A DNA stretch of 64,000 nt from Octopus vulgaris. Its lineage: Eukaryota. Location: positions 123,876,001 to 123,940,000 of the forward strand of contig OX597819.1 in NCBI GenBank assembly GCA_951406725.2, written 5' to 3'. Each line of letters opens with the position of its first letter. Position 1 is the first letter of the stretch. A program made the position numbers and the translations under genes. The notes beneath the pieces are model-generated. The model was not told the DNA's origin and did no database searches. It was given only the letters and a program-made list of their open reading frames with translations. Of this stretch, positions 26,608 to 39,710 are shown one piece after another.

Positions 26608-26869
26608 TGTGATATTGACTCATGACTCCTTTGAATTTATTCTTAAACTCATTCTTACTTTCATTATCTATTTGTTTATAAATAATATATTTCCGATTTA
26701 TATCACTGACCTCCGGTTGTCCATTATTAGTTATTGATAATGTCAGAATGTCACCAGATGTTTCAAGAAAAAGTGTTCTCGCCTCAAGGTTAAATAAATC
26801 ATTTCTGGTTGCAAAAATATTGTCTATTAACGTGCTGTTGTCCTTATTTACTCTTGTTCTTTGATCAAT

Positions 26870-27296
26870 CGTATTTGAGCGAAGAATACACCCAGAACTG
26901 TGGTGGTTTCATGGCAAAGAATTCATCAAGATATCTTTTTACATCATCCAAGGAATTGAAATTTTTACCATTAAGACTATTCTTCAGAGACCTGAATAAG
27001 TGGAAATCCGAAGAAGCAATATCTGGTGAATATGGAGAGTGGGGTAACACATCCCAGCCGAGCTGCAGCAATTTTTGTCTGGTTCCCAAAGCATCAAGTG
27101 TCGAAAATGAACTTTCTTATTTTCCATTTTAAAGGGTTACAGAAATAATACAGGTTATAGGAACATAAACCTTCTTCCACGAAAAGATAGCTTAAACTGT
27201 GCTCTAAATGGAGGTGTAATCAAATCCTATTTTATGGACTCAACCATGTTCTAAAATAAGTTGAAATGTAAGCTACACTGAATCGGACAATCCAAT
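26870..27296 (-). mobile_element. Internally deleted mariner, truncated copy
   Basis: LGWDVLPHSPYSPDIASSDFHLF; near-identical to 27748-28300. Confidence 0.9.
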
Positions 27297-27747
27297 AGAT
27301 ATGTATATTGCTTCCAAATGCTGATATTTAGTCCTATCATTATTTATATTGTCATTTGCCAGATTTATGTTATGATAAGCAGCAACGAAATAAGGCTTGC
27401 TTTTCATCGCTGTTTTGTGCAAAATGGAATTGAATTTAACGAGAAAATCAGTCACACTTTTGTCCCGGGGCCCATAAATTGATTAAAAAATACTAAAACA
27501 AATCATTTTAAATACATAAGACTCAATGAAAGATATGATACCCTCTTTTTTCTTCTCTCCTTTCCACTGGTGTTACATATATCAAATTTACATTAAGACT
27601 ATGTTCACCAATATATTTTCAGTTAAATTGTACTACTAATATATATATTCTGTGAAATTGTATTTTCGTGTTCTTATTTTCTTATTTTCGTGTTCATATA
27701 AATACATAAAATGAAACAAATTAAACCCACTTTAAATGAAGAAAATA

Positions 27748-28300
27748 TTGGGTTGTCCGGAAAGTTCGTGCCGATTTTTAAAGGAAAGAAAAACGTCAAT
27801 AAATACATGCCATTACATTTTTAATCAACCAAATATGAACCATTTTGTTGCACAATGCGTATCCATCTTTCCTTTAACTTGAAAATACCCTCTTCACAGA
27901 ATTGAGGTGGTTTCATGGCAAAGAATTCATCAAGGTATCTTTTTACGTCATCCAAGGAATTGAAATTTTTACCATTAAGACTATTCTTCAGAGACCTGAA
28001 TAAGTGGAAATCCGAAGGAGCAATATCTGGTGAATATGGAGGGAGGAGGTAACACATCCCAGCCGAGCTGCAGCAATTTTTGTCTGGTTCCCAATGCATC
28101 AAGTGCCGAAAATGAACTTTCTTATTTTCCATTTTAAAGGGTTACAGAATTAACACAGGTTATAGGAACATAAACCTTCTTCCACGAAAAGACAGCTTAA
28201 ACTGTGCTCTAAATGGAGGTGTAGTCAAATCCTATTTTATGGACTCAACCATGTTCTAAAATGAGTTGAAATGTAAGCTACACTGAATCGTACAACCCAA
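27748..28300 (-). mobile_element. Internally deleted mariner (MITE-like) with both ends
   Basis: TA|TTGGGTTGT...ACAACCCAA|TA; YSPDIAPSDFHLF and GSYLVD C-terminus fused to an N-terminal stub. Confidence 0.92.
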
Positions 28301-28869
28301 TAGATATGTATATAAAAATTTTATGTATTTTTCACATTTCACAGGGTTTCTCCTGTAAATCAAACATACACACACAAACGCATACACACACGCACACATG
28401 CACACAACCACACACACCCACACACATAAACACAGATTCACACACATACTAAACACCTACATGTCTATCCTGGTTGTGAGTTTAAAACTGCATTCAGTAT
28501 TATGGTCATGCTACTGGCCACCCCATACATACGATTGGTCCTAGACCTACACTGACACAGAAATGCAGCAGGTCTTCGGGTCCCAGCTGCGGAACAATTA
28601 GTACGTGGACCATAATACGTGAAGGACCCCAAGTTCCCGCTAGAACTTCCCGCCGCTAAGAGATGATAAACTCGTATAAAAAAACAAAAGCAAAACAAAA
28701 TTAAAGTCTTGGTGGGTTCTGGCTGCCTCAACCTCTTTTGTACCCCTCGTATAACCGACTGCACTGAAAAGCGGGCTCGGTGATGGACAACACATTAGAC
28801 ACTCAAGACAAATTCACGTCTGGGAACTTCTTGTATTCTTGAAATATTTGCACAGAAGGAGGCCGGACT

Positions 28870-29520
28870 AAGCTCCAAACCGATCTGCTCGCTGATATCC
28901 GATGGGCGGAGAAACACAATGTACTGGTAAAAGGAAATAAATTCGAATTAATCCACTTAAGCTACAATACACGTTTCCCTCAGATGAAAACTTTATCGCA
29001 TCAAACACCACTTGGAACCTAAGAGTAACTGTCGACAACAAGTTAAGCTCAAGTACCAACATTAAAAAAGTCGACATGGCCAGCAGGGCGTGCTCCTGGA
29101 TCCTGGTGGCTTTTCGGGCCAGAGATACTCCTACCATTATCCTTTTCTTCGCCTTCACCCTCTCTTATCGTGAATACTGTTGTAAAACCTGAAACTCACC
29201 AGAGATCGATTACAAGGAATATAGACAGTATTACAGGTCTTGATTATTGGCATCGTCTCGAGAAACTCAATCCAACGTCGACGTGAGCGCCATATAACTA
29301 TTCAAATAGCACTGCCCAAATTATTTTGGCATCCACTTTAAAGTTCATCCGAGGCTTCGTCCCTGCTATCCGTCCTCTACAAAAGTCGTGCTTGCTTCAC
29401 CTCAACGGCCAAGCTCCTTTTAACAGCGTACGAAGACACATACGAGAAGAAAAAGATTTATTTATACGATTCCTGGACTGTTATCTCCAATGAATTCCAG
29501 ATAAACCACCTATTCCAAAG
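28870..29520 (+). mobile_element. Decayed CR1/L2-type LINE 3' portion
   Basis: Degenerate NLRVTVDNKLS, WILVAFRARD, EYCC, GLDYWHRLEKL and RRRER segments. Confidence 0.6.
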
Positions 29521-29532
29521 ATATATATATAT

Positions 29533-29911
29533 ACTCTTTTACTCTTTTACTTGTTTCAGTCATTTGACTGCGGCCATGCTGGAGCACCGCCTTTAATCGA
29601 GCAACTCGACCCCGGGACTTATTCTTTTGTAAGCCCAGTACTTATTCTATCGGTCTCTTTTGCCGAACCGCTAAGTGACGGGGACATAAACATCGGTTGT
29701 CAAGCATTGCTAGGGGGACAAACACAGACACGCATATATATATATATACGACGGGCTTCTTTCAGTTTCCGTCTACCAAATCCACTCACAAGGCTTTGGT
29801 CGGCCCGAGGCTATAGCAGAAGACACTTGCCCAAGGTGCCACACAGTGGGACTGAATCCGGAACCATGTGGTTGGTAAACAAGCTACTTACCACACAGCC
29901 ACTCTTGCGCC
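29533..29911 (-). mobile_element. SINE family B
   Basis: Reverse complement of the 8093 family. Confidence 0.9.
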
Positions 29912-30084
29912 TATCTATAAACAATAACTCCTTACTAGGATGGGCTATGATGTCCATAGAATGACTAATATGAAACATCTTTACAAACGTTTCCCAGGGG
30001 GTCAGCATGTAGCATGAGGCATTATCACAGTTTGCACTTTCTTGTACTTTTTAGTTTTATTTTTACTTTTATTTTATTTACTTT

Positions 30085-30145
30085 TTCCGCTCTGAAGAAC
30101 GTTCCGTGATTCAAATGAGTATAATTAATTACTTACAATGATAAC

Positions 30146-30182
<37 letters not shown>

Positions 30183-30233
30183 GCGGTGGTTAAGACTGTG
30201 AATCACGCTAACGGAAACAGCTGTAAGACGAGA
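30085..30233 (+). ncRNA. Type I hammerhead ribozyme with an (ATT)n microsatellite inside loop II
   Basis: CCGCT-CTGAAGA-aCGTTccGTGATTCA...TGAATCACgctAACG-GAAA-CAGCTG-TA-AGACG; base of stem II imperfect. Confidence 0.7.
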
Positions 30234-30695
30234 TTTTGTCTTTTTGTAATTAATTAATCGATGATAATTGATGTGAATCAATTGTTACTCATCAATTTTA
30301 TCTCTATTTTCTGCTTTCCTTGAATATTGACAAACTTTAGTTTATTCTTGTCATTACCTATCTTTTATGAGCATTAATACCGATGCTCATGATTAACTAT
30401 AGGTAATACACCAGTGGATTCATTGGATACAGGTATAACCTCTAACATAACTCACCTGTATATATATAAGAATTCTCCCTGAGCAAATAAATTATCTTTA
30501 TTGCTGAAAAGAAAGAAACTGCAGTCTGAGAATTACCGGTTTAGTAAATGTTTTTATCTTCATTTCACTTAATTTATCAAGCTTCTGTATTCCTAGCACA
30601 TATTTCGCCTTAATGTACTGATATATGAAAAATATATGGCTTGTGTTAGTAATACCAGCGATAATAATTATTTTTATTTTATCGCAATTTGATTT

Positions 30696-30725
<30 letters not shown>

Positions 30726-30730
<5 letters not shown>

Positions 30731-31335
30731 GTAAAGTATAGAAGCCATCTTATCATGGCTAACCACATTGGGGAGGGGGTGTTACTGTAGCTTTATAGCC
30801 CCAAGAGATCGTCGTCTCTAGCTGGCTTTAGACACAATATCAGTGCCCTTGGAGTATTTGCAAAGGGAGGCCATCCCTTCCTCGCAAGCCTGAGTGATAC
30901 GCTCGAACTAGTTTCGGGATTTTTGTCCCTCATCAACGGGCGGTAACCACCAGGTCGCGATGAAAGTGAAATAATAATTCCTTGCAAATATATAAGTTTT
31001 TCTAGTGGCATCTGCCACTGATGTCGAAAAACGGACAGTAAGCATGATTAAATCTCAGAATGAGATTGAAACAGTAATCGCTCGATAATGTAAAGTATAG
31101 AAGCCATCTTATCATGGCTAACCACATTGGGGAGGGGGTGTTACTGTAACTTTATAGCCCCAAGAGATCGTCGTCTCCAAGGGCACTGATACTGTGTCTA
31201 AAGCCAGCTAGAGACGACGATCTCTTGGGGCTATAGAGCTACAGTAACACCCCCTCCCCAATGTGGTTAGCTATGATAAGATGGCTTCTATACTTTACAT
31301 TATCGAGCGATTACTGTTTCAATCTCATTCTGAGA

Positions 31336-31341
<6 letters not shown>
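30726..31341. repeat. Direct plus inverted triplication forming a ~295-nt fold-back
   Basis: 31047-31176 pairs with ~31212-31341; 30726-30853 is a third copy; sequence related to the Helitron interior at ~25010-25090. Confidence 0.85.
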
Positions 31342-31396
<55 letters not shown>

Positions 31397-31626
31397 ATTA
31401 GGGTAATAAGAATTATAGAAATTATTATTACCAGTGGCCTAGCACAAAAAATAGTCAATAGACTATATATTATTCAAGGAACTAAATTAGATGGTATACG
31501 TTTTTAATTTTCAATCCTTTCGAGAATGTATCTATAATTAGTGGTTTGAGTTTTCTACTGCTCTTTCTAGCACAAGGCTTTCCTATTTGGAATCCTCTTA
31601 ATGTGTTCTAATGTACACGATATTTT

Positions 31627-31657
<31 letters not shown>

Positions 31658-31703
31658 CTGCAAGCGTATACGAACGCGCGCGTGTATTTTTTTTTTTTTT
31701 CAG

Positions 31704-31746
31704 GGAGATTACCCTGCCCGATAAATCTCAGCAGCTAGCAATCTAA
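31704..31746 (+). CDS. Probable terminal coding exon: EITLPDKSQQLAI-stop
   Basis: Strong acceptor (T)14cag|, phase 2 compatible with exon 3, TAA at 31744-31746, followed by non-repetitive AT-rich UTR-like sequence. Confidence 0.7.
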
Positions 31747-32058
31747 TTCATCGAATTTATAACTTTATCGTTTAACGTCTGCAAATTTGTTACGTTTTAT
31801 AGTGTATTGTAACTAAAATGTACAATTTTATAATTAACAACGCTAGTTAATTTTATTGTGTATCGTAGGATTTCGCTATATGCAACTAATTGCTTTGTAT
31901 ATTTTCACTTGTATAGAACGACTAACTCACCAAACGAAAGGCGAAACCGACGCGAAACCAGTTTACGAAAAACTAAAAGAGGACCAAATGGTCCTACCGA
32001 ACCAACATTTTATAGCCGATGAAACGTTAACCACTGAAACACGTGTAAGAAATAACGT

Positions 32059-32064
32059 AATAAA
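32059..32064 (+). terminator. Candidate polyadenylation signal of the cysteine-rich gene
   Basis: AATAAA ~310 nt after the stop codon, followed ~20 nt later by a GT/T-rich tract. Confidence 0.5.
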
Positions 32065-32309
32065 CCAATTTAAGAACCAATTCTGCTGTTTCTTGTTTTG
32101 TTTTTTTCCTATGAATTCACTGTGATCTTTATGGCTGTTACAATCTATTAGAAGTAAGGTTTGATTAAAAGACATTTCTTTTTCGTTCCGCCGACCATTC
32201 ATCTAACACATTTCGGTATTCTGCATGGTCACCATAATAAGATTCCCTGTCATCATCTCCAGAAAAGACGGGAGCCCACATTCTCTCCTAACCTATATTT
32301 AGGTTTCAA

Positions 32310-32540
32310 GGCGGCGAGCTGGCAGAAACGTTAGCACGCCGGGCGAAATGCTTAGCGGTATTTCGTCTGCGTTACGCTGTGAGTTCAAATTCCGCCGAGG
32401 TCGACTTTGCCTTTCATCCTTTCGGGGTCGATAAATTAAGTACCAGTTACGCACTGGGGTCGATGTAATCGACTTAATACCTATGCCTGTCCTTGTTTGT
32501 CCTCTCTATGTTTAGCCCCTTGTGGGTAGTAAAGAAATAG
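32310..32540 (+). mobile_element. SINE A flanked by a ~94-bp direct duplication
   Basis: 32215-32309 is repeated at 32540-32632. Confidence 0.92.
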
Positions 32541-32960
32541 GTATTCTGCATGGTCACCATAAGATTCCCTGCCACTCATCTCCAGAAAAGACGGGAGCCC
32601 ACATTCTCTCCTAACCTATATTTAGGTTTCAAATTCCTTTCCCAGTGTTTCTAACTCCTTTTCTCCTCAGCCTGCCCATTTCTTTACCCGCTCCTTCCCA
32701 CGTAGTCCCCTCACACCGTCACTTTACCGACCACTCTTATCTCATCACCACACTACCACTCGCAACCAGTACCATAACTCACAAACCCTACTGCCTAACA
32801 CATCTCCATGACTATCACTTACACACATGTATACGCACACAGACTCTCCTCCATCGTATTAGTACTTAACACCTCTACATACACGAACACGTCCACACGT
32901 ACATAACTCCACACTCTCACGCTAGGACATATATACCCAGACATATCTACCCTCTGTCAA

Positions 32961-33367
32961 CGCAGGAGTGGCTGTGTGGTAAGTAGCTTGCTTACTAACA
33001 ACATGGTTCTGGGTTCAGTCCAACTGTGTGACACCTTGGGCAAGTGTCTTCTACTATAGCCTCGGGCCGACCAAAGCCTTGTGAGTGGATTTGGTAGACG
33101 GAAACTGAAAGAAGCCCGTCGTATATATGTATATATATATATATGTATGTGTGCGTTTGTGTGTCTATGTTTGTCCCCCCAACATCGCTTGGCAACCGAT
33201 GTTGGTGTGTTTACGTCCCCGTCACTTAGTGGTTCGGCAAAAGAGACCGATAGAATAAGTACTAGGCTTACAAAGAATAAGTCCTGGGGTCTATTTCCTC
33301 GACTAAAGGCGGTGCTCCAGCATGGCCGCAGTCAAATGACTGAAACAAGTAAAAGAGTAAAAAGAGA
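32961..33367 (+). mobile_element. SINE family B
   Basis: Matches the 8093 family. Confidence 0.9.
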
Positions 33368-33612
33368 GCACCCACCCGTACAGACATACACCTACAAACT
33401 TGCACTTATCCTCCACTTTAAATACACAATGCTCGAACGCACACCTCCCTTACATACCCGTTATTTCCAATTTCTGTCTTCACTGCACCCCTTAAACCCT
33501 TCATGGTTGTATAATTGCTCGAAACAGCAGTCAATCGTTGTCACTGACACTTCAAGCCATTCATGCAAACACACGCGCGCTTCCGCTTTGCTCTGTCATA
33601 TCTTTCCTCACT

Positions 33613-33655
<43 letters not shown>

Positions 33656-33803
33656 GTACACATTTTTTTCTCTCCTTATTTTCATCCCTTGTTCCTCTCT
33701 CTATGCTTCTCCCAATCATCAGTAAGTTTTGCTACTCCATTGCAGGTAAGTTCCACTTCTGTTCTTTTTCCGCTGGTATTTCACCTTTGCCAGCTCGTCT
33801 CAA

Positions 33804-34211
33804 GGCGGCGAGCTGGCAGAAACGTTAGCACGCCGGGCGAAATGCGTAGCGGTATTTCGTCTGCCGCTACGTTCTGGGTTCAAATTCCGCCGAGGTCGAC
33901 TTTACTTTTCATCCTTTCGGGATCGATTGAATAAGTACCAGTTACGCACTGAGGGCGATGTAATCGACTTAATCCCTTTGTCTGTCCTTGTTTGTCCATT
34001 CTGTGTTTAGCGGGTAGTAAAGAAATAGGTATTTCGTCTGCCGCAACGTTCTGAGTTCAAATTCCGCCGAGATCGACTTTACTTTTCATCCTTTCGGGAT
34101 CGATTGAATAAGTACCAGTTACGCACTGAGGTCGATGTAATCGACTTAATCCATTTGTCTGTCCTTGTTTGTCCTGTGTGTTTAGCCCCCTTGTGGGTAG
34201 TAAAGAAATAG
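33804..34211 (+). mobile_element. SINE A dimer
   Basis: Head plus two body units; ggtatttcacctttgc on both flanks. Confidence 0.9.
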
Positions 34212-34389
34212 GTATTTCACCTTTGCAATTAACTGCTGGATTTTACCATTTCATCAACCTAGCGCACTTTTATAGAAGCCCTTTCTACAAACAACATATT
34301 TCTCCCTGGTTTAGCCGTCCGCACGCGCTACTAGATAACCCTCAGAGACACAATATGTGTGTGCTGTGCTTTGTTTCCGATATAGCTCA

Positions 34390-34712
34390 CGACACTGACC
34401 ATGGGATTGCACCTAGAAAGTTACCCTCCTAGTCACAAGTCTGGGCAAGGTGGTTTATGGAAGACCAGCAGTCGCCCATGCATACTGGCCTCCCCTCTCC
34501 ACGCCACCAGTGTTATCCAAGGGAAAGGCAAAGGGGCCGATACAGCTTGGCACCCGTGACGTTGCAACTCATTTCTACAGCTGAGTTAACTGGAGCAACG
34601 TGAAATAAAGTGTCTTGCTCAAGAACACAACACGCAGCCTGGTCCGGGATTCGAGCTCACGACCTCACGATCGTAAGTTCGACACTCTAATCACTGAGCC
34701 ATGCGCCTTCAC
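34390..34712 (-). mobile_element. tRNA-derived SINE family E
   Basis: TGGCTCAGTG A box, CGAATCCCG B box, TGTGTTCTTGAGCAAGACACTT block; second copy at 58775-59102. Confidence 0.85.
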
Positions 34713-35171
34713 ATATGTTTCCGATATACACACACATAAACACACATACACAATTAAGTCCATACTGCTGCATATTGTGAGGAACTACATATACCAACAT
34801 TATTATGGATCTCCGAGCTCCCGAAAATAGCTGTGGTACTTAGAACATCTTCCATCCCTTTAATTTTCTCTGTCACTTTTACTCTGAGTAAATTGGTTTA
34901 ATTAATATAAATATCTAAATATTTAAACTTAAAAAATTAGCATCTGAAAGTTTCAAACATTTGCTTTATCTCGTTTTGCATATATACATGTATACATATT
35001 TTGTATTTTTCATACCCAAAGTATTATATTTAATATATTTAATGCTTCTAATTTCTTTATTAGGCATAATTGCCTCTATAACCGCTTTATCTGGATCCCT
35101 CTTATAGCCTTTCTTTACTTTGTGGAATTGATCCTATAAAGACATCGCACTTTAAGTCTGAATCTTTCGAG

Positions 35172-35237
<66 letters not shown>

Positions 35238-35239
35238 AT

Positions 35240-36800
35240 ATATATATATTACAAAGTAAGAGCAAGAAAATTTACGTCCAAAAATCATTACAGAAGACAT
35301 ACGTCCAAAATAATATTGTATTAATAGATATATAAATATATAAAGTATGATTATTTAAAAAGTTTGAAATACCTTACGATCGTTTCATGATTTGTATTAC
35401 ACTTCGAAATGAAATCTAAATTTGATAATCATTATTAGGTAATACAACTACTCGTCAGAGAAAAAGGGTGAATTTCCGTGTAGTCAATGGAATGCTATTT
35501 AAAAAAACATACGATAAAGATGGTTAAAAAAAGTTACTGGTATAGCTGTGTATTGGTACAAACTTGGGTTTAAAATTTTGAAGAAATAATTCAAGTCCGT
35601 CGTAAAATCCTCTGCAGTAATCCATAATGGCTGCGGGTAGATATAAATCCCATAATTTCATTCTCTTTAATATGTTATCCGTAAATGCAGAAAATAAAAG
35701 GTGGTTAAATTTTTGCCTTTAAAGTTATATATACAAAACTTGAAGATATTATTATATTTTATGTAAATGTAAAAATAGCCGTTTACTAACCCAATATAGA
35801 GTAAATTAATGTGTTACATCTAAATTGTTATATTTAAAATCAGTTTGTTGTATATTAGAGGTGCACACGTTCAAGTTTTATGGAAATATATTTCCAGCAC
35901 TCATCCAGTTTATATTATGTGAACGTGTGTATACTCAAAATAATTCAAATTTAAGTTTCTTTTTTTCTTTTCCTTTTTTTTTATTTGCAGAAATGCTACT
36001 CTTTTATTACGATACCACGATATGAGAAACAAGATATTAATGTGAATCTTTATCTTGATGATCTCTTATATTTAAAAGTTTCAAAAAACTTATGCCTTCA
36101 TGTAGATAATGCTTCCGATTGGCAATTAATTAAATTATTTTGTTTATATAATAATATGTATAGCGATTCCTTTGTACAAAGACGACAGATGGAAGGTTTG
36201 TGTGTATAAGGTGTAGCCGAGTCAACGATTGACCAGGATAATTTATTGTTAACGATTTTTGTTTGAGTTTATGTACATATGAAGCCAGTGAAGTAGTGTT
36301 ACTCGTTATATTCGGTTTAAATTAATGTATATGTGCTAAAACTATTTGCTTAAAGTTAATAAAGCTCCCTATATAAACCATATTGCGTGAGTTAGCAGTT
36401 TTTGTAACAGTGCACTTATATATAACGTTGGATCTTCTACATTTGCCTTTTAGAGGACATGATTTTTTAAATTTTACATGTGCAATATTTTCTCGTATGT
36501 TTCTGTTCTCTGGTATAATATTTAATATTATTATGATTATTTGTTATGGTGCATGGTGTTATATTTGATATTGTTGTGAAATCATTCACAATAGACTTAG
36601 GTAGATTTACTGTTTGTATGTTATTATTGTTGTTAGATTGTGGTATTGGATTATCTAAAGTTCTGTTGTAATATAAATTATCCATTGGATGAGTGCTGGA
36701 AATGCATCTCCTTAAAACTTGAACCGGTACACCTTTAAGATACAACAAACTGATTTTAAATTTAAATATAACACATTAATTCGCTGTATGTATGCAGGTA
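35240..36800. mobile_element. Highly decayed Penelope-like remnant with an internal inversion
   Basis: Hammerhead at the left end next to a TA tract; 35805-35908 is a diverged inverted copy of 36686-36782, which resembles the GIY-YIG T..FK.RY..H segment. Confidence 0.5.
35371..35463 (-). ncRNA. Type I hammerhead ribozyme with extended stem II
   Basis: Minus strand: TTCT-CTGACGA-GTagTTGTATTAC...GTAATACAAatcAT-GAAA-CGATCG-TA-AGG. Confidence 0.75.
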
Positions 36801-37331
36801 TATATATATTCAACATGAAAGGTGGATCTTGTGTTGAAATGCATAATACAGCACTCGTCCTATATCGCCAACGGCTGATATTCATGCTCTGCAGATACCG
36901 GAACTGGTAATTAACGTGATTTTGATCTTCATTGGACTTCTCAACAGCAAGGGTCTCGCGAGACGCAGTAGCCCTTTACGCCGATAGGAGTATATAGAGT
37001 TTATCTGTCTATTTAAAAAGCCAGTGGATTCATTAAAATTATTTGATTGGAGTAGAAACAGTATGAGTAACCAAACGTAATATTCTTCTAAAACTGGATG
37101 TTGTGACAGAGCACAGAATAGCGCGTTATTTACTACGAGGAGACCCCTCCCCTCATATGGATTTTAGAGGCACAAAAACATTGTCGCTATAAATCTTTTT
37201 TAATAAACCCGCTGGCTCCTTGCAACACCAGTGCCTGTATGGACACTGACGGTGGATGTCTGCCATTGAGAAGTCCACGGAAAGGCGAAATCACATGATC
37301 TAGTAGTTTCGGTAGCCGAAGTGGATGATTA

Positions 37332-38730
37332 CACTGGTCAACAGTCAATTTTCATCAGGGATATTATATTGTGTTTGAATGTAGTTTTGTCCGCAGATTT
37401 CAAAAATGTAATCGGTTTCCTTCTATCAAGCACAGTTTTTCTGATGAGATAAGAGAGGTGTATAACTCCCATCAGCAGTATCGCTACACGTAAATGTCTT
37501 CTACAGGTAAATTCTGATTTCTGCTTTATAACTATTTGTATTCATTTTGTAATTTTATGTTTTCATAATCTTTTCTTTTCATAAATCTTACTTTCTGTTT
37601 AAGGTGCCAAATCATCATCATCATCAAATTCTACTCAGGATGTCAAGGCATTGCAAGAAAAGTCCTGGTATATTTTGTCATGTCTGTGGGGTCATTTACC
37701 ACCAAAGCTCAGCAACGTGCCATCACAAGTGAAATCAAGATCTGCCAGTTATACTTTGGCTGTTCCCTCGGGGATCAAGATAAGAGTTGGGTCCCTCACA
37801 TCATCTGCTCAGTTTGTTCAAATGGACTAAGGGATTGGCTAAATAAGAGGAAGAGAGCAATGCCGCTGGCAATACCTATGATATGGAGAGAGCCAAAGGA
37901 TCGTTTCATGGACTTTTATTTCTGCAACGTTAATGTATGTGGGTTTACTGTAAAGACCAAGCATAAGATTGTGTATCCCAACTTGGAATCAGCAAGAAGA
38001 CCAGTACCACACAACAATGATGATCATCCTATTCCAATACCACCAGAAAATGGCCTTCAGATGTCTGACGAAGATGTATTTCCTGAATAAAATACTACTG
38101 CTGTGGACGACACCAAAGTGGATGCAGATTTCATGATAGAAAATGATGACGTACCACAGAAATTTTCTCAAGGAGAGTTCAATGATTTAGTTAGAGACTT
38201 GTCATTGTCGAAGGATAAAGCTGAACTATTAACATCTCGCCTACAAGAAAAGTGTCAGCTTAAGAAACATGTTTGTATTACTCATTTCAGGAAGAGAAAT
38301 AGGGATCTGACTTCATGCTTCTCTGTTGATGGACCACTTTGTTTCAGTAACAGCACTGATGAGTTATTTCGCTGTTTGTTCCAAGAGCATGTTCCAGCTG
38401 AATGGCGCTTATTCATTGATTCATCTAAGAGAAACCTCAAGGCAGTACTACTACACAACAGCAATAAGAAACCAGCCATTTCCATAGAACGTTCAGTGCA
38501 CATGAAGGAGTGTTATAAAAACATGCAAGTACTCCTCAATGCCATAAAGTATACAAACTACAACTGGAAAATATGAGGGGACTTGAAGGTGATTGGAATA
38601 TTGATGAGAATGCAATCTGGGTTCACGAAATATTGTTGCTTTTTATGCCTATGGGACAGTCGTGAAACTAACAAGCACTATGTGCAATCAGAGTGGCCTT
38701 TGCGAAAATCATATGAGCCGGGAGTTTCTA
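37332..38730 (+). mobile_element. Chapaev3-like DNA transposon, 5' half, frameshifted
   Basis: TTA|CACTGGTCAACAG terminus; ATG at 37640; FCHVCG, LGDQDKSWVPHIICSVC, WREP..FYFC zinc finger, WRLFIDSSKRNLKAVLLH, GDLKVI, FTKYCCFLCLWDSR; putative 5' UTR intron ~37507-37602. Confidence 0.8.
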
Positions 38731-39710
38731 GCGGCATCTAAAAGGGAATCTAAATGTGGTTCTGGTTGGCGAGAAACCGTAAGTGGATCCCTTCAACGGT
38801 CATGTGCTAATTCAGTCGACGCTGCCCCGGTGAATCGAAGCGAATAGACTAAGGGGCGAAACGCTGGTGACCTTGCAAGATCTGCTGGTAATACAGAATG
38901 ATTTGCAACATCATGCTGGATTCAAATCTTGCAAATCTTCTAACTCATTCCTGAAGCTTCCACGCGCGACAAAGCATCTCTGATGTTTATTTCACCCAAG
39001 CTTTACTACACATGACCTCGTGCTAAGAAAGACACCAGGATTGATACTCCTTCCTCAGACAAAATTATTTTTTTCAATACAACTATCATTTATCTGTTCT
39101 TTATGATATACTCTGTATTCCAACCTCTTTCTTAATTATGATACCGGAACCTTAGAATCTGCAACACCCATCCTATTTCCAATATTGGATATCGCGTTTT
39201 GATCGCTTGTCTATAAAACCCTAGAATTTCTGTCTCATCTAGTCTCTATAGAACAAACACTCTAATTTTGTCAGAGCACTTATATTTGCAGAGAACCATC
39301 GTATGGATGGAAGTATTTCTTCACTCCTTATTCAATCACCACGCTCTCTATCAAATAACAAAAATATAAAAATTATCAATAAGAAACATAAAATTCAGTG
39401 CCTTGGCCAAATTTCCTTTTATGGCATCAATATTCTTCGAATTAACTCCGACCTTTACAATACATTATCTCCAACTCACAAATGCACCACTATTGATAGT
39501 GCCCTCTGAGAAGACACAATAATGGTATCTATTATATCGACCACGTATCCCTTCTTCTTGATAGATTACATATTCCAATTACATAGTTCAGGTACCATAA
39601 TTATTCTTAATTATCGTACCTGAACTATGTAATATAACTTACTCATATGTCCAGCATTAGATATGTTTTTTGTTTTATTGTCTATATGAATTGACAGTTC
39701 TGTTTTTGTC

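Noticed and set aside
32010-32055. Hammerhead-like CCGATGA...GAAACACGTGTA in the putative 3' UTR
   Set aside because: No convincing stem I or stem II pairing
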